64,000 nt of DNA from an uncultured Pseudomonadota bacterium (GTDB taxonomy: Bacteria > Pseudomonadota > Alphaproteobacteria > Rhizobiales > Xanthobacteraceae). This document shows positions 1 through 9,831 of the stretch, in pieces. The first letter of the stretch is position 1, and every line of letters begins with the position of its first letter. The notes beneath the pieces were generated by a model. It worked only from the letters and a program-made list of their open reading frames with translations. It had not been told where the DNA came from and searched no databases. The translations under genes and the position numbers were made by a program. The stretch covers positions 79,060-143,059 of the forward strand of contig CAVPDI010000028.1 of assembly GCA_963702605.1 (NCBI GenBank), in the 5' to 3' direction.

Positions 1-324
1 GCGCATCTCAAGGACGAGCTGATGCCGAAATATGCGGAACTCGTCTATTACGGCTTCTGGTTTGCGCCGGAACGCGAGATGCTGCAGGCGGCAATCGACA
101 AGAGCCAGGCGCTCGTGACCGGCCGCGTCAAACTCAAGCTCTATAAGGGAAATGTTGCCGTTGTCGGCCGGGAGAGCAAATACTCGCTGTATGATCAGGA
201 ACTGGTGACTTTCGAGGAAGGCGCGGTAGCATATGATCACCGCGATGCGGAAGGTTTCATCAAGCTCAATGCCCTGCGGCTGCGCACGCTTGGCCAACGG
301 CGGCGAAAATTCAAGCTTGATTGA
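1..324 (+). CDS. argG: Argininosuccinate synthase, C-terminal part (truncated by window edge)
   Basis: [32 protein letters not shown] and [13 protein letters not shown] are typical of the ArgG C-terminus. Confidence 0.95.
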   Translation, partial: AHLKDELMPKYAELVYYGFWFAPEREMLQAAIDKSQALVTGRVKLKLYKGNVAVVGRESKYSLYDQELVTFEEGAVAYDHRDAEGFIKLNALRLRTLGQRRRKFKLD

Positions 325-348
325 GCGGGGACGTTCGGCGTTTCGGGC

Positions 349-816
349 ATGACGATCTTGTTGAGTTGCATACCAGCTTTTCTGTCGCGGCCGCGGCCGA
401 TCGCGAATTCGCCGGCGACCGTATTTCTGGTTCTCGCGCTGGCTCTGAGCCTCGCCGATTGTTCTTCAAGCAGCAAAGAACCGGAGGAAAACCCCAATCT
501 ATTTCCTGCCGATTACAAGAACGAGATCTTGAACACGATGACCAGCACGCTTGATGACCCGACGAACGTTCGCGATGCATACATTACCGATCCGACGCTT
601 CGTGCCGCCGGCAGCGAACAGCGTTACGTCGTGTGCGTGCGTTCTGATTCCCGCAACGCCAACAAGCAATATACGGGAAGCAAGGATCGCATCGGGTACT
701 TTTATGGTGGGCATCTCAACCAGTTGATCGACGCGACCAAGGAGCAATGCGGCAACGCCGCATATAAGCCGTTTCCCGAGCTGGAAAAACTCTGTCAGGC
801 CAAGAAGTGCGTCTAG
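349..816 (+). CDS. Hypothetical lipoprotein
   Basis: Hydrophobic stretch ending in lipobox-like LADC, followed by 4 further Cys; start uncertain. Confidence 0.65.
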   Translation: MTILLSCIPAFLSRPRPIANSPATVFLVLALALSLADCSSSSKEPEENPNLFPADYKNEILNTMTSTLDDPTNVRDAYITDPTLRAAGSEQRYVVCVRSDSRNANKQYTGSKDRIGYFYGGHLNQLIDATKEQCGNAAYKPFPELEKLCQAKKCV

Positions 817-827
817 CGGGCGCTTCG

Positions 828-1937
828 TCAGTGTATGATATCGTCTGAAGCCGGCGCGACGTCTGCCTGAATCACCCGCAATTCGGGCACCAGGGGCACA
901 TTGCGCCTTTGCTTGTCGGCGATCTCGGCGGCAACTTTCTGCATTTGAACGAAACGAACCGGCGTGATCGGGTGATCGCCAGCGATGCGGAGGCTGCCAG
1001 GATCTTCCAGCGACATTGCGCGCCAGATGTCTTCCGCCCCGGTGAGATCGTAGCCGGCGCGGGCCGCGTAGTAAGCACCGACATAGTCGGCCTCGCGCTC
1101 GAAAGCGACGCTATAGGCTCGCGCTCCGGCGCGCGCAAATTCCTTCGAAAATACGCCGCGCGTGGGAATGCCACCAAGGGTGATGCCCAGGTCGATCGCC
1201 GCGCCGCTCGCCCAGCCAATTATCATATTGGTCCGCCGTTTGCGAAGGTGACCAAGATTGGCATGTGCCATCTCATGTCCGATGATGAGCGCGAGTTGGG
1301 CGTCGGTACGCGCGACCCGCAAGATGCTCGAATAAACGACGATCTCGTCGCCGTCGGTGAACGCGTTCGGTGAGGTGCGGGATTTGAGCTCGATGGGAAT
1401 GGCGCAAGCCACGACGGGAGTCACACTGTGGATTTCATCGGTGCCGTCGCGGCGGACCATGATCTGGATTGGCTTGACCCCGTTATTGCGCACAAAACCA
1501 CCGATCCACCCGGCGACGTTGGAGCGGGGGACGGGCTCGTTGTTGAACGTCAGAAGGCGATCGTCGGGCTTGATCCCGCCGGCGGCGGCAGGCGACGTTT
1601 CCGCGACCGAGAGGACTGTTGCCTGCGTCCAACTCACGGACAACGCTTCATGTGAGAAAGATCGGTATTCGTGCGGCAGGCTTGCGACCGTGCCTGCATT
1701 CAGGCCGATCTGCGCCCATGCCCAATCCTTGCAATCGTCGCGGTTGGCGACACGGAGGCGAAACGCAATATTGTCGAGGCGGGCAAGCTGGGCAAAGTAA
1801 TCGCGGATTTGATCAATCTCTTGCTTGCGCCGCTCGGCTTCGACGTCAGCCGATGGCAGCGACGGCAGTCTTGAGATTGGGCCGCAAGCCGCGCAAAGCA
1901 GACCGGCTGCAACGAGAAGCATCCAACGCAAGCGCAC
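828..1937 (-). CDS. M48-family zinc metalloprotease with PDZ domain, probable lipoprotein
   Basis: Lipobox CAAC; PDZ-like SPAAAGGIKPDD; PNAF; HEMAH (HExxH); EREAD. Confidence 0.85.
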   Translation of the reverse strand: MRLRWMLLVAAGLLCAACGPISRLPSLPSADVEAERRKQEIDQIRDYFAQLARLDNIAFRLRVANRDDCKDWAWAQIGLNAGTVASLPHEYRSFSHEALSVSWTQATVLSVAETSPAAAGGIKPDDRLLTFNNEPVPRSNVAGWIGGFVRNNGVKPIQIMVRRDGTDEIHSVTPVVACAIPIELKSRTSPNAFTDGDEIVVYSSILRVARTDAQLALIIGHEMAHANLGHLRKRRTNMIIGWASGAAIDLGITLGGIPTRGVFSKEFARAGARAYSVAFEREADYVGAYYAARAGYDLTGAEDIWRAMSLEDPGSLRIAGDHPITPVRFVQMQKVAAEIADKQRRNVPLVPELRVIQADVAPASDDIIH

Positions 1938-2028
1938 GCACGAAACCCCGCCAATGGGGCAAACCCTGCATTACCTCTAAAGTCGATTCAAGCGGAAGTT
2001 GCAAGACGGAAAAACTAAATTGGTCGCC

Positions 2029-2466
2029 TCATCCCTTCAGGCGAGAGATGAGGCCGTGAATGTCGCCGAGAACATACAGGTCGCGCACTTTGCGACCCTC
2101 AAAGGTGAAAATTGGCATCCCGATCCACCATACGTGCTTGCCGGTCGGCTTCACCCCGAACAGTTCCTGCCGGTGAAGGCCATGAAACCGCATTTTACCG
2201 GACACGCGATGGCCTTCCTCAATCAGGAGCAGGATGTCGGTCTTGTAGCGATCAAGTGCACCGGTCACGTAATCGACATAGCCGGCAAATTGCGCGTGAC
2301 CGACAAGCGTCGGGCCCAGCGAACCGCGAAACGTAAAACCGGCGTGGAAGATTTCCGGAATAAGGCTCTTGTCGGCGTGATCCCACAAGTCTTCGTAAAA
2401 CGCGCGGACGATTTCCTTTTGCGGGGAAAGTTTCACGCCGGCAAAGCTGAGCGCAACTTCGTCCAT
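2029..2466 (-). CDS. SnoaL-like ester cyclase / NTF2-like protein
   Basis: 145 aa; IVRAFYEDLW, FRGSLG and FGVKPTGKHVWWIG pattern of the ester cyclase family. Confidence 0.8.
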   Translation of the reverse strand: MDEVALSFAGVKLSPQKEIVRAFYEDLWDHADKSLIPEIFHAGFTFRGSLGPTLVGHAQFAGYVDYVTGALDRYKTDILLLIEEGHRVSGKMRFHGLHRQELFGVKPTGKHVWWIGMPIFTFEGRKVRDLYVLGDIHGLISRLKG

Positions 2467-2517
2467 ACCTCGAAGGCTAGTGTTTTACGCGACCATGATC
2501 CAGCCGAATGCGGGCGT

Positions 2518-3297
2518 TCAAAGCTGCCGGTCGACCAGGGCTTTTTTCAACGTGGCGATTTCCTTGGCGGGATTGAGTCCCTTCGGGCAGGCCTTTGAGC
2601 AGTTCATGATGGTATGGCAGCGATAGAGCCGGAATGGATCCTCGAGATAGTCGAGACGTGCGCCGGTTGCTTCATCGCGGCTGTCCTGAACCCAACGGTT
2701 GGCCTGCAGCAATGCAGCCGGTCCCAGATAGCGGTCGGAATTCCACCAGTAGCTCGGGCAGGACGTCGAACAGCAGGCGCAGAGGATGCATTCATACATT
2801 CCGTCGAGCTTTGCCCGGTCGTGATGAGTCTGCCGCCACTCTTTTTCAGGCGTCGGCGTAGATGTCTTCAGCCACGGTTCAATTGAAGCATACTGCGCGT
2901 AGAAATTTTTCAGGTCAGGCACCAGGTCCTTCACCACGGGCTGATGCGGCAGCGGATAGATCTTCACCGGCGCGCGCGTATCGTCAATCGCTTTTGTGCA
3001 GGCAAGCGTATTCGTGCCATCAATATTCATTGCGCAGGACCCGCACACGCCTTCACGGCATGAGCGCCGGAAGGTCAGCGTAGGATCCACATTGTTTTTG
3101 ATCCAGATGAGCGCATCCAGAATCATCGGCCCGCAATCGTCGCGGTCCACGAAATAGGTATCGACAGTCGGATTGTGGCCGTCGTCGGGGTTCCATCGGT
3201 AAATGCGGAATTCACTCAGATGCGTCGCATGCGATGTGCGAGGCCAGGTTTTGCCTTCGGTGATCTTGGAATTCTTCGGCAGCGTGAATTCGACCAT
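2518..3297 (-). CDS. sdhB: Succinate dehydrogenase iron-sulfur subunit
   Basis: [22 protein letters not shown] and [12 protein letters not shown] cluster motifs. Confidence 0.98.
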   Translation of the reverse strand: MVEFTLPKNSKITEGKTWPRTSHATHLSEFRIYRWNPDDGHNPTVDTYFVDRDDCGPMILDALIWIKNNVDPTLTFRRSCREGVCGSCAMNIDGTNTLACTKAIDDTRAPVKIYPLPHQPVVKDLVPDLKNFYAQYASIEPWLKTSTPTPEKEWRQTHHDRAKLDGMYECILCACCSTSCPSYWWNSDRYLGPAALLQANRWVQDSRDEATGARLDYLEDPFRLYRCHTIMNCSKACPKGLNPAKEIATLKKALVDRQL

Positions 3298-3309
3298 GGA
3301 GATGTTCCG

Positions 3310-5142
3310 TCAGTAAACGCGAGCTTTTGGCTCGATATAGGCGACGTCGTTGGTGAGCGTATAGGCGTGCACAGGACGATTATCGAGCTTCACGCTGCCG
3401 TTTTCATCAATCCATGCCAGCGTATGCTTCATCCAGTTCTTGTCGTCACGCTCGGGGAAGTCCTCACGCGCATGCGCCCCGCGACTTTCGGTCCGGTTTT
3501 TTGCCGAGTCCATCGTAACGACGGCCTGCGCGATCAAATTGTCGAGTTCGAGCGTCTCGATGAGATCGGAATTCCAAATCAGGGAGCGGTCGGAGATATG
3601 CAGGTCGGTAATGCCCGCATTCACGTCGTGAATGAGCTTGTGACCTTCGTCCAGTACATCACCGGTGCGGAACACGGCGCAATTGGTCTGCATTACCTTT
3701 TGCATGCGTAGCCGCAATTGCGCGGTGGGCGTTCCACCTGAGGCGTTGCGGAATTTATCCAATCTTGCAAGCGCCCGGTCGGCCGAATCTTTCGGCAATT
3801 CGGGTTGCTTGTCGCCCGGTGTGAGAAGCTCGGCGCACCGCAGCGCCGCGGCACGACCGAACACAACCAGGTCAATCAGAGAATTTGAGCCCAGGCGGTT
3901 CGCGCCGTGCACCGACACGCATGCCGCTTCACCCAGGGCCATCAGGCCTGGAACAACCGAGTCCGCATCGCCGTTCTTCTTGGTAAGCGCTTCGCCATGA
4001 TAATTTGTCGGGATTCCACCCATGTTATAATGCACGGTCGGCAGCACCGGGATCGGCTCGTGCGAGATGTCGACACCGGCGAAAATGCGGGCAAGCTCGG
4101 CAATCCCCGGCAATCGTTCATGCAGCACCACGGGATCGAGATGATCGAGATGCAGGAAGAGATGATCCTTGTTCTTGCCGACCCCGCGCCCCTCGCGAAT
4201 CTCGATGGTCATGGCCCGAGAAACGACATCGCGCGAGGCCAGATCCTTGGCTGATGGCGCGTAGCGCTCCATAAATCGCTCGCCTTCGGAATTGACCAAA
4301 TAACCGCCTTCCCCTCGCGAACCTTCGGTGATCAGGCACCCCGCGCCGTAAATTCCCGTCGGATGGAATTGCACGAATTCCATATCCTGCAGCGGGAGGC
4401 CGGCGCGCAGCACCATCGCGTTGCCGTCGCCGGTGCAAATATGCGCCGAGGTGCACGAGAAATAGGCGCGTCCATACCCGCCGGTAGCCACAATGACCAT
4501 GTTGGCGGAGAAGCGGTGGATGGAGCCGTCGTCCATGTTTAGCGCGATGACGCCGCGGCACCGGCCCTCGTCGTCCATGATCAGATCTATCGCGAAGTAC
4601 TCAACATAAAATTCGGCCGCATGACGCAAGGCCTGCCCGTACATCGTGTGCAGCATGGCGTGGCCGGTACGGTCCGCGGCAGCGCATGTGCGCTGCGCAG
4701 TACCTTTTCCGTAGTGCGTGGTCATCCCGCCAAACGGGCGTTGATAAATTTTCCCGTCGTCTTCTCGACGCGAGAATGGCAGGCCCCAATGCTCCAATTC
4801 GTAGACCGCGTCCGGTGCGTTACGGCAGAGATATTCAATGGCATCCTGGTCGCCGAGCCAGTCGGCACCCTTGACGGTGTCGTACATGTGCCAGCGCCAA
4901 TCGTCCTCGCCCATATTACCGAGCGCGGCGGCAATACCGCCTTGGGCTGATACGGTGTGCGAGCGCGTCGGGAACACCTTTGTGATGCACGCAGTACGCA
5001 GGCCCGCTTCGCTGCACCCGACCACGGCGCGAAGACCGGAGCCGCCGGCGCCAATCACAATGACGTCATAGCGGTGATCCTCGATCGGATAGGCACGGCC
5101 ATTGGTTGCGGGTGCGCCGTTTGTTTTTCCGTTGGTCGCCAT
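3310..5142 (-). CDS. sdhA: Succinate dehydrogenase flavoprotein subunit
   Basis: [16 protein letters not shown] (FAD-binding His), QFHPTG, HYNMGG, HGANRLG. Confidence 0.98.
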   Translation of the reverse strand: MATNGKTNGAPATNGRAYPIEDHRYDVIVIGAGGSGLRAVVGCSEAGLRTACITKVFPTRSHTVSAQGGIAAALGNMGEDDWRWHMYDTVKGADWLGDQDAIEYLCRNAPDAVYELEHWGLPFSRREDDGKIYQRPFGGMTTHYGKGTAQRTCAAADRTGHAMLHTMYGQALRHAAEFYVEYFAIDLIMDDEGRCRGVIALNMDDGSIHRFSANMVIVATGGYGRAYFSCTSAHICTGDGNAMVLRAGLPLQDMEFVQFHPTGIYGAGCLITEGSRGEGGYLVNSEGERFMERYAPSAKDLASRDVVSRAMTIEIREGRGVGKNKDHLFLHLDHLDPVVLHERLPGIAELARIFAGVDISHEPIPVLPTVHYNMGGIPTNYHGEALTKKNGDADSVVPGLMALGEAACVSVHGANRLGSNSLIDLVVFGRAAALRCAELLTPGDKQPELPKDSADRALARLDKFRNASGGTPTAQLRLRMQKVMQTNCAVFRTGDVLDEGHKLIHDVNAGITDLHISDRSLIWNSDLIETLELDNLIAQAVVTMDSAKNRTESRGAHAREDFPERDDKNWMKHTLAWIDENGSVKLDNRPVHAYTLTNDVAYIEPKARVY

Positions 5143-5145
5143 GAA

Positions 5146-5538
5146 TCAGACCCCGAACGAGAGCTTCAGGATGGCGTAGATCGACGCCAGGCTGACTGCG
5201 AAAACGAAGAATGTATTTGCCATCAAACTCATCAGCTTCCATTTGTCCGCATGCACATAATCGAGGATTATTTCCTGCATGCCGATCCACATGTGATAGG
5301 CCGTGTTGACGATGAAGAGCAGCAAGATGATAGCGACGATCGGAGAACCGAGAATTTGCACGACCGCTGCATGGTTTCTTCCAAGCAATGCCGTGATAAT
5401 GAGCAACAGCCCGATGGTCAGCGGAATCCCCGCAACTGACGTCACGCGCTGATGCCAGAAAAGGCCAGTACCGGAATGGGCCGCACCCAACCCGCGGACA
5501 CGGCGCATCGGCGTACGCATGCGCATTGGTTCACTCAT
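5146..5538 (-). CDS. sdhD: Succinate dehydrogenase membrane anchor
   Basis: VRGLGAAHSGT..FWHQRVT and HMWIGMQEIILDYVH; ATG at 5538 overlaps the sdhC stop. Confidence 0.95.
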   Translation of the reverse strand: MSEPMRMRTPMRRVRGLGAAHSGTGLFWHQRVTSVAGIPLTIGLLLIITALLGRNHAAVVQILGSPIVAIILLLFIVNTAYHMWIGMQEIILDYVHADKWKLMSLMANTFFVFAVSLASIYAILKLSFGV

Positions 5539-5963
5539 CGCGGTCCCCCCATAACGAGATAACCGACGACCCAAAGAATGAGCGTAAGTACTATCGAACC
5601 GATGAGGGTCGCCAGCGTGAGCATCTCGCGCTCCGCCGGCTCGAAACCGTGGATGGTATCCCAGATCAAATGCCGGATGCCGCCGAGCATGTGGTGGAGA
5701 AGCGCCCAAGTGTAGGCGAACAGCACAAGTTGACCGATCAAACTGCCCATGAACCATTCGAAACCGGCATACGCGTTTGGGCCGCTGGCGGCGGCGATCA
5801 GCCACCACGCGAGTAACAGCATTCCAAAATAGAGCGCGGCACCGGTCACCCGATGCATGATCGACATCACCATCGTCAGCATCGGCTTGTAGATCTGCAA
5901 ATGGGGAGAAAGGGGACGCGCCCGCTCTGTTCCCGTTGCCGTCCTTACCTCAAGCTCGGCCAT
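5535..5963 (-). CDS. sdhC: Succinate dehydrogenase cytochrome b556 subunit
   Basis: RPLSPHLQIYKP, SIMHRVTG, HHMLGGIRHLIWD; GGAG upstream of the ATG. Confidence 0.95.
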   Translation of the reverse strand: MAELEVRTATGTERARPLSPHLQIYKPMLTMVMSIMHRVTGAALYFGMLLLAWWLIAAASGPNAYAGFEWFMGSLIGQLVLFAYTWALLHHMLGGIRHLIWDTIHGFEPAEREMLTLATLIGSIVLTLILWVVGYLVMGGPR

Positions 5964-6198
5964 TGCCAGTCTCCAGACAACTCGCTGCACGATTGGCCCG
6001 ATGCCCTCGATCTCGCGGCATGCCGTCGGTCGTCAGCGCCAAGCACGAGGCGGAACGGCATGGTGGCAAATCGGGGCTGGCGGCAAGCCACGGCGGTGCA
6101 AACATTCCGCTTGACCTGCCTTCCTGGATCGCTACTTCATAATATACGAAGCTTGGACCTCCAAAGAGCCCATTGCAATATGCTTTCTACGTAGCCTA

Positions 6199-6217
6199 CC
6201 TTCGCAGAATAAGAAGG
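6199..6217. promoter_or_regulatory. LysR-type T-N11-A inverted repeat (probable autoregulatory site)
   Basis: CCTTC-GCAGAATAA-GAAGG immediately upstream of the LysR start, overlapping its RBS. Confidence 0.55.
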
Positions 6218-6224
6218 AAGGATT

Positions 6225-7115
6225 GTGCGGTTCGATTTCACCGACCTCAATCTGTTCCGGCACATCGTGGAGGCCGGCAGCATTACCCATGGGGCGGCGC
6301 GCTCAAATCTCGCGCTTGCTGCAGCTTCTACCCGTATCCGCAAGATGGAACTTGCCTTCGGCACCCCCCTTCTCGTGCGTGGTCGGGCTGGGGTGAAGCC
6401 GACGCCGGCCGGGCGCACGCTGCTGCAGCACGCGCGCGGAATATTGGCGCAGACCGAGCGGCTCCAGGAGGACTTGTCGCCTTACGCGCGGGGGCTGGCC
6501 GGCCAGGTCCGCGTGCTTTCCAACACGAACGCGCTTACGGAATTCCTCCCCGAATCATTGAGCTCATTTCTGATGGCCTATCCCGACATCAGCGTCGATC
6601 TGGAAGAACGGCTGAGCGACGAAATCGTCGGCCTGATCGCCGAAGGTCACGCCGACATCGGAATTGTCGCGGGGACGGTCGATTATGGGGGGCTACGAAC
6701 GTTTCCCTTTCGCAGCGATCGTTTCGTGCTGGTGGTCGCCAAGAACCATCCGCTCGCCAATCGCGCGCGTATCGGGTTCGCCGAAGTGCTGGACTACGAC
6801 ATGGTTGGGCTGGATCGCGCCAGCGCGATCCAGCGTTTTCTCGCTGACAAGGCTAACCGTATCGGCCGTCCGCTGCGTCTGCGCGTGCAGTTGCGAAGTT
6901 TCGACGCTATCTGCCGCCTGGTCGAATGTAATGTCGGCGTCGGCATTGTCCCGGAAACGACCGTGAAACGCACCGAACGCACCATGGCCATCAGTGCGGT
7001 CCGTCTCACCGATTCCTGGGCACTGCGCGAGCTGACCATCTGCGTCCGTGACGTCGAGGTATTGCCACCCTATGCGCGCCAGCTGGTAGATCATCTAAGA
7101 GCGAGCGTGCGATAA
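6225..7115 (+). CDS. LysR-family transcriptional regulator
   Basis: N-terminal HTH (GSITHGAARSNLALAAASTRIRKME..GVKPTPAG), 296 aa. Confidence 0.95.
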   Translation: MRFDFTDLNLFRHIVEAGSITHGAARSNLALAAASTRIRKMELAFGTPLLVRGRAGVKPTPAGRTLLQHARGILAQTERLQEDLSPYARGLAGQVRVLSNTNALTEFLPESLSSFLMAYPDISVDLEERLSDEIVGLIAEGHADIGIVAGTVDYGGLRTFPFRSDRFVLVVAKNHPLANRARIGFAEVLDYDMVGLDRASAIQRFLADKANRIGRPLRLRVQLRSFDAICRLVECNVGVGIVPETTVKRTERTMAISAVRLTDSWALRELTICVRDVEVLPPYARQLVDHLRASVR

Positions 7116-7652
7116 TATTTTCAAGTGGCGGCCCGATGCTGCAATACCTGACTGGCGCAGAAGTTCGGTCAGCTGCTTGATCGAGTCCGAGAGACTCAAA
7201 ACCTCTTTTTCGCGAAGCTCATCGATCTTCTGATGAAGGAGTTCAATTTCGAGCTCCGCCTTGATGTTGACCTGGTAGTCGTGCTCGGCCGCCTGGCGAT
7301 CGATGTCCTGCTGCCGGTTCTGGCTCATCATGATAAATGGTGCTGCGTAGGCAGCCTGAAACGACAGGGCGAGATTGAGCAGGATGAAAGGGTAGGGGTC
7401 CCACTTTTCGACATAGGCCGTGATGTTGAGAACGATCCAGACAAGAAGAATGGCGGACTGGATAATGATAAACTTCCATGAACCCATCATCGCGGCAACG
7501 GCATCGGCAATTCTCTGACCCGGCGTGAGCTGATGCAGGTTTCCGTGCGCTTGCGAGGCGCGAAACCCGCGTCGCAAAGACCGTAGTTCGTCGAGCAGCC
7601 GCTGTTCGGTTTCGTCAAGCACATGCGTTATGTCGGCTCGCCCAGGCATCAT
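7095..7652 (-). CDS. DUF1003 family membrane protein
   Basis: WDPYPFILLNLALSFQAAYAAPFIMMSQNRQ signature. Confidence 0.9.
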   Translation of the reverse strand: MMPGRADITHVLDETEQRLLDELRSLRRGFRASQAHGNLHQLTPGQRIADAVAAMMGSWKFIIIQSAILLVWIVLNITAYVEKWDPYPFILLNLALSFQAAYAAPFIMMSQNRQQDIDRQAAEHDYQVNIKAELEIELLHQKIDELREKEVLSLSDSIKQLTELLRQSGIAASGRHLKILSHARS

Positions 7653-7669
7653 GTTCTCCCTCTGCTGTC

Positions 7670-8734
7670 TCAGCGCGGCAATAACACCCAATAATCAAGA
7701 TCGAGAACCACCGACGGGTCGTCATCGTTGCCGGTCTTTAACGGGAAATCCGCGCAAGGGCGGTCCTTGGTTGCTATCGTTCGCAGCCGAAGTGCGCCGA
7801 CATCCTTGCGGCCAGGGATTTCCGCGGTGGCAATCACGTGCGACCACGAAAACACGGTGCAACCGGCGAATAGCGGCGCAACATGCCGTCCTCCGTTGAT
7901 TGCTGCTACGTGGAATGCATTGCCGAGACCGTTGAAAGACAGCGCGCGCGCCAGCGAAATTGCGTGTCCGCCATAAATAAGCCGGCGGCCGAAGCGGCCT
8001 TTGCTTTCGGCAAACAGGTTAAAATGAATACGCGCGGTGTTCTGATAAAGACGCGTTGCAATCTGATGTTCGGCTTCCTCGATGGTGATACCGTCGACAT
8101 GGTCGATTCTGTCACCGGTCCTGTAGGCACCGAATCTGTGATGGCTGCCCGCCAATTCGGCGTCATAGGCGGCGTTATCGATCGTCGGACATGCCGAACC
8201 GAGCTGCGCAGGCTCAACGCTCTTTGGCAGGTCCGGGACCTTTTCATCGGGTGCCGGCGCGGCCTCGTTGCGTTTGCTGACCATGACCCAGCGGGCATAG
8301 TCGAGCACGGTATCTCCGCTATCGTCGAATCCACGCGAGCGCACGTAGACGATGCCGGTTTTTCTGCTGGAATTCTCTCTCAATCCGATGACTTCGGAAA
8401 CGGCGGTCAACGTGGTGCCCGGAAAAACCGGCTTTAAGAACCGGCAATCGGCGTAGCCAAGATTGGCAACTGCATTGAGCGAAATGTCGGCTACGGTCTT
8501 GCCGAATACGACATGGAAGACCAGAAGATCGTCGATCGGCGCGCGCGGGTAGCCGATTTGCCGGGCAAATGCGTCGGACGATTGCACCGCAAAACGGGCG
8601 CCAAAAAGCCCATTGTAAACGGCGACATCGCCGAGAGTGACCGTGCGTGGCGTGGCGTGGCGAATCCGCTGCCCGAGCCGGAAATCCTCGAAAAAATTGC
8701 CGGTCGTCGCTTTCGTAACGGTTGGCACAGCCAC
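7670..8734 (-). CDS. mch: Double-MaoC hydratase, mesaconyl-CoA hydratase (beta-methylmalyl-CoA dehydratase) type
   Basis: GNFFEDF, VFGKTVADISLNAVANLGYA, LYQNTARIHF, RRLIYGGH and VLDLDYW match Mch. Confidence 0.8.
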   Translation of the reverse strand: MAVPTVTKATTGNFFEDFRLGQRIRHATPRTVTLGDVAVYNGLFGARFAVQSSDAFARQIGYPRAPIDDLLVFHVVFGKTVADISLNAVANLGYADCRFLKPVFPGTTLTAVSEVIGLRENSSRKTGIVYVRSRGFDDSGDTVLDYARWVMVSKRNEAAPAPDEKVPDLPKSVEPAQLGSACPTIDNAAYDAELAGSHHRFGAYRTGDRIDHVDGITIEEAEHQIATRLYQNTARIHFNLFAESKGRFGRRLIYGGHAISLARALSFNGLGNAFHVAAINGGRHVAPLFAGCTVFSWSHVIATAEIPGRKDVGALRLRTIATKDRPCADFPLKTGNDDDPSVVLDLDYWVLLPR

Positions 8735-8886
8735 GAATTTGCTCCTCGTCTGGACGCTTCACGCACCACATTGTCACAAAACCGTGAGCCGAACGCCAGC
8801 TTACGGCAACGGGAAACTGATGAGAACGTGTTCAGTCGCTGTGCTAGCGGAGAAAGTGCAACTTCAATCTTCCGGAGGAAATCTCA

Positions 8887-9132
8887 ATGAAAAAGAGCAC
8901 GCTCCTGTCGGCGCTGGTCGCCGGCGGTCTCGCATTCGCCCCGCTTGCGCCGGCGGCTTTTGCCGACGATATGAAAAAGGACACCATGTCCAGGGACGCC
9001 ATGTCGAAAGACTCGATGTCCAAGGATCCAACGGCTAAGGACAAAATGTCTAAGGACAAAATGTCCAATGGCACGATGAAGAAGGACGGCATGTCTAAGG
9101 ACAACATGTCCAAAGACAATATGAGCAAGTAG
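8887..9132 (+). CDS. Secreted pentapeptide MXKDX-repeat methionine-rich protein
   Basis: Signal peptide ending AFA, then about 10 M-x-K-D-x repeats; GGAGG RBS. Confidence 0.92.
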   Translation: MKKSTLLSALVAGGLAFAPLAPAAFADDMKKDTMSRDAMSKDSMSKDPTAKDKMSKDKMSNGTMKKDGMSKDNMSKDNMSK

Positions 9133-9238
9133 ATTGTGCAGGCCAGCCGGGCTTGCGTTACCGTGGGCCCGACCAGGACGTAATGTTCGTCAAAGGGGAT
9201 GGCGATGACAGCCGCAGCACTGGCGATGTCAGTCCGAG

Positions 9239-9821
9239 ATGGCAATTCACCCGCGCTGGGTACGCGTCTGCCATTGGGTCAATGCGTTGGCAATCCTGGT
9301 GATGATTGGTTCGGGCTGGCAGATTTATGATGCTTCGCCCTTGTTTGATTTCACGTTCTCTCCGCATATTCGCACTAGGGAATTGGCTGGCAGGTGCACT
9401 GCTTTGGCATTTTGCGGCCATGTGGGTACTGGTCATCAATGGCATCGTTTACATCACGCTCGGTGTCGTTACGGGCCGCTTTCGCCGCAAGCTATTGCCG
9501 ATCCGCCCAGGCGATGTGGTCGCAGACGTGAAAGCGGCGTTGACCTTCAAGCTCGCTCATGACGACCTCTCGCACTACAACGCCGTGCAGAAACTTCTCT
9601 ATGCGGGCGTCATACTGACCGGCGTCATCATCGTGCTCTCAGGCCTGTCGATCTGGAAGCCGGTTCAGTTTCAGGAATTGACCGCAATCTTCGGCGGATA
9701 CGACGCGGCGCGCTATGTGCATTTCTTCGCGATGAGCGCGATCGTCGGCTTCCTCGTCGTGCATATCGCACTCGCGCTGCTCGTACCGAAGACCCTTCGC
9801 GCCATGGTCACTGGACACTAG
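9239..9821 (+). CDS. Cytochrome b/b6-domain membrane protein; frameshifted near 9369, start uncertain
   Basis: HPRWVRVCHW..SGWQIY in one frame continues as LGNWLAGALLWHFAAMW..YNAVQK..WKPVQF..HF after removing one base in CATATTCGCA. Confidence 0.85.
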
Positions 9822-9831
9822 GATATCCATC

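Noticed and set aside
8971-9129. 15-bp periodic repeats as a non-coding array
   Set aside because: Explained by the MXKDX pentapeptide protein; variation follows codon structure.
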